64,000 bases of DNA from Felis catus. Taxonomy: Eukaryota. Positions 61,881 to 64,000 of the stretch are shown here, piece by piece. The notes beneath the pieces are model-generated. The model made no database searches. It saw nothing but the letters and a program-made list of their open reading frames with translations, and was not told where the DNA came from. The translations under genes were made by a program, and so were the position numbers. Location: assembly GCF_018350175.1 (NCBI RefSeq), contig NC_058368.1, forward strand, positions 8,184,001-8,248,000. The letters are read 5' to 3'. Each line of letters starts with the position of its first letter. Position 1 is the stretch's first letter.

Positions 61881-64000
61881 CTTTAACAGATCTATGTAAT
61901 TTTACTAGTGAGGTTAGGGAATTCATTTGATCCAGCTATCCTCTGACAAAATGGTTGAAAATAATTACCTACCATAGACTGATGGCTGGAATTAGTAATA
62001 GAACGGCAGACAGCAGAAAGGTGAAGCCTGGGTACCAGGCGACAGTGGCTGAATAAATTCCATTAAAAGTAGAAACTGCAGTGACACCACCAAGCGTTTC
62101 TAAGAAGGCAATGCAAGCAAACAGGGTACCTGTTTGGGGTCAGGGTGTGGAAGGAGAAAAAGAAATGGCTTCGTGACAAAACAACGAACAGAACAAAGGG
62201 AGAAAACTTACTCACTGGAAAAAACAAACACGGGGCACTGCTTGGTGAATGAAAGCTATTTCCTCCAAATCCTTGAGAAGTCAGTAACCCATTTTTGCAG
62301 GTGGAGACACTGAGATCATGAGGTCCGCTTGGACTTGATGTGACGGAAGGTGAAAACACAATAGTTCCCATGTCGGTAGGGCAAAGGTAAAAGGCAACGA
62401 CATCTGACACATTTGAAACCCACAGTCTCCTGTCCCTGAACAGCCGCAGGCATAGCCACAACTACATAGCCCTGACGTTCAAGCTTATTTCCCACTCTCA
62501 GTCCCCAAGCTGGGGACATCTGTGACACACCTCCTATGTGCAGGTGGCTCCTACCAGCAAAGGTCCCACCCGAGGAGCCTTTTGAGTTAAAGCAATCCTT
62601 TTCATCTGCTTCTCAGATCTGGCAAAAGTGACAGCTGCAGACAAAGACAGATGATGGCACACGCTTTCTGCAGCGTGGACTGGATCCCTCCCTCCAAAGT
62701 GCCGGCAAGTTGAGCAGCCACAAGGTTCCTTTGTGTGACTCCTCAAGTAACTGTCTGTGCTCTAGTTATGCCACGGTTTGATGCGAAGTGAGTCTTTTCT
62801 GCCTTCCCTGCCTGAAACGGCTTCCACGCTAAGGTGGCTCACGAGACTGAGTGAGCGGGGATCCCACCGCTGCCCGGCACCCCTGCCCGCCTACCACGGT
62901 TGGTCGAGGGCAGGCCCCGGAGCATCGTTCGAGGAGCGTAGGGTGGCTGCATGGTCAGTCCAAGTTCATAATCCGAGAAAAGGGGGCACAAATTCTACCA
63001 ATGTTTCGTTCTGTCTGCAACCCAAGACCACGCTGACTGAGCAGTTAAACCTCTAAAGGACAGGCGGGTCATCTCGATGTACTTGTCTTCCTCTTTGCCC
63101 TATTTTGCATCACCAGATGAAAAGCTTTGTCCTGGTTTTCCGCTCTTCTTGATGTCCCCGGTAGAAGTCCCTACGTGGCTTTGGCAGACTCTATCATTGA
63201 GCCGTTGTGCTTGTTCCCTGCTTTGCCAAGTTTACTTTTCCACGAGAAGTTGTGATGTATTTTTTCTACAAACAATGCAAATCATGTAAATAACTGTATT
63301 TGATTGGACTGGTGAGAAGGAAAAGGCAAGCACGAGGGTCACCCTTCATAACCAGATAATGGCTTACACTGTCCGTGTTTTAATTTTCCCCGTGGTCTTG
63401 GTCTTGTAGACCGTGTGGCGTATGGGTTTTTATCTACTGAGACTTTTTACCCTGGTATACATCTTCTCGTACGTGGCTTCTAATTCTTCACCGAATGACA
63501 GGTCACATGTTCATAAAACATAAACATATCTCTGAAGAATACTGTGCTTTCACGTACATGTCTTCTTTTGACTAAAACGAAAGCTCTGTTCATGCCAAGT
63601 GCACATCTACTCTGTTTACTGCTGTGTCCCAGGGCCTGTCTGTCCTGGCACATGGAAGACGTTTAACCCGTATTTGTCGAATGAATGAAAAAAAGCTTCA
63701 TTCAAGAGCCCAGTTACCAATCAGCAAGTAGTACACAGACCTGTTGCCTCCATGATTTATGATAAAACACGAAGTCAGTTCAGTTGGGAGGAAGTTCTCC
63801 TACCTGTCTATGCGATTATCTTCTTCTATTTCTGATCCCTTGCTACAGCCAGGCACAGTGCCATGGAGGACAGACTGGACAGATGTAGTCCTATTTTGCA
63901 ATGACCTAACTCGATTCTTGACAGAAAGCTGGCCAGGTGGTACGTGTGTCTGGCATAAACAGCCATCCTGTGACACAGTAGGGTTCACCTGTCGCTCAAC

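Noticed and set aside
63800..63988. Minus-strand ORF ending EEDNRIDR*, superficially like the SLC46A3 C-terminus
   Set aside because: The preceding residues do not resemble the transporter's last exon as I recall it; the match is only a few residues
1..64000. Prokaryote-type systems (CRISPR arrays, operons, rRNA)
   Set aside because: Sequence is mammalian with spliceosomal introns; no repeat-spacer arrays or rRNA similarity seen

Overview
Mammalian (felid, probably domestic cat or a close relative) genomic DNA, judged from the many Can-SINEs of the felid SINEC_Fc type. The only gene I can support is POMP (proteasome maturation protein, UMP1 family), complete on the + strand. Its six coding exons (32094-32096, 34685-34782, 37173-37233, 40065-40166, 44375-44468, 47836-47903) all have GT-AG introns and join into a 426-nt, 141-aa ORF: MNARGLGSQLKDSIPVTELSASGPFESHDLLRKGLPCVKNELLPSHPLELSEKNFQLNQDKMNFSTLRNIQGLFAPLKLQMEFKAVQQAQRLPFLPSSNLSLDILRGNDETIGFEDILNDPSQSELMGEPHLMVEYKLGLL. 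It starts from a CpG-island promoter with ETS motifs. The rest is intergenic or intronic: Can-SINEs, old L1, L2, MIR, CR1/L3, LTRs, DNA transposon fossils and microsatellites. In human the neighbours are FLT1 (upstream) and SLC46A3 (downstream); I found no exon of either. I found no convincing new biological system. Best leads: a uORF whose frame is set by a G9 run in the long POMP 5'UTR; a SINE carrying an extra hairpin-forming segment inside its target-site duplication (TSD), a possible 3' transduction; nested and same-site SINE insertions; an old duplication in the POMP 3' region; and weak exon-like chains upstream of POMP. Repeat family names and most repeat boundaries were read by eye and are approximate.
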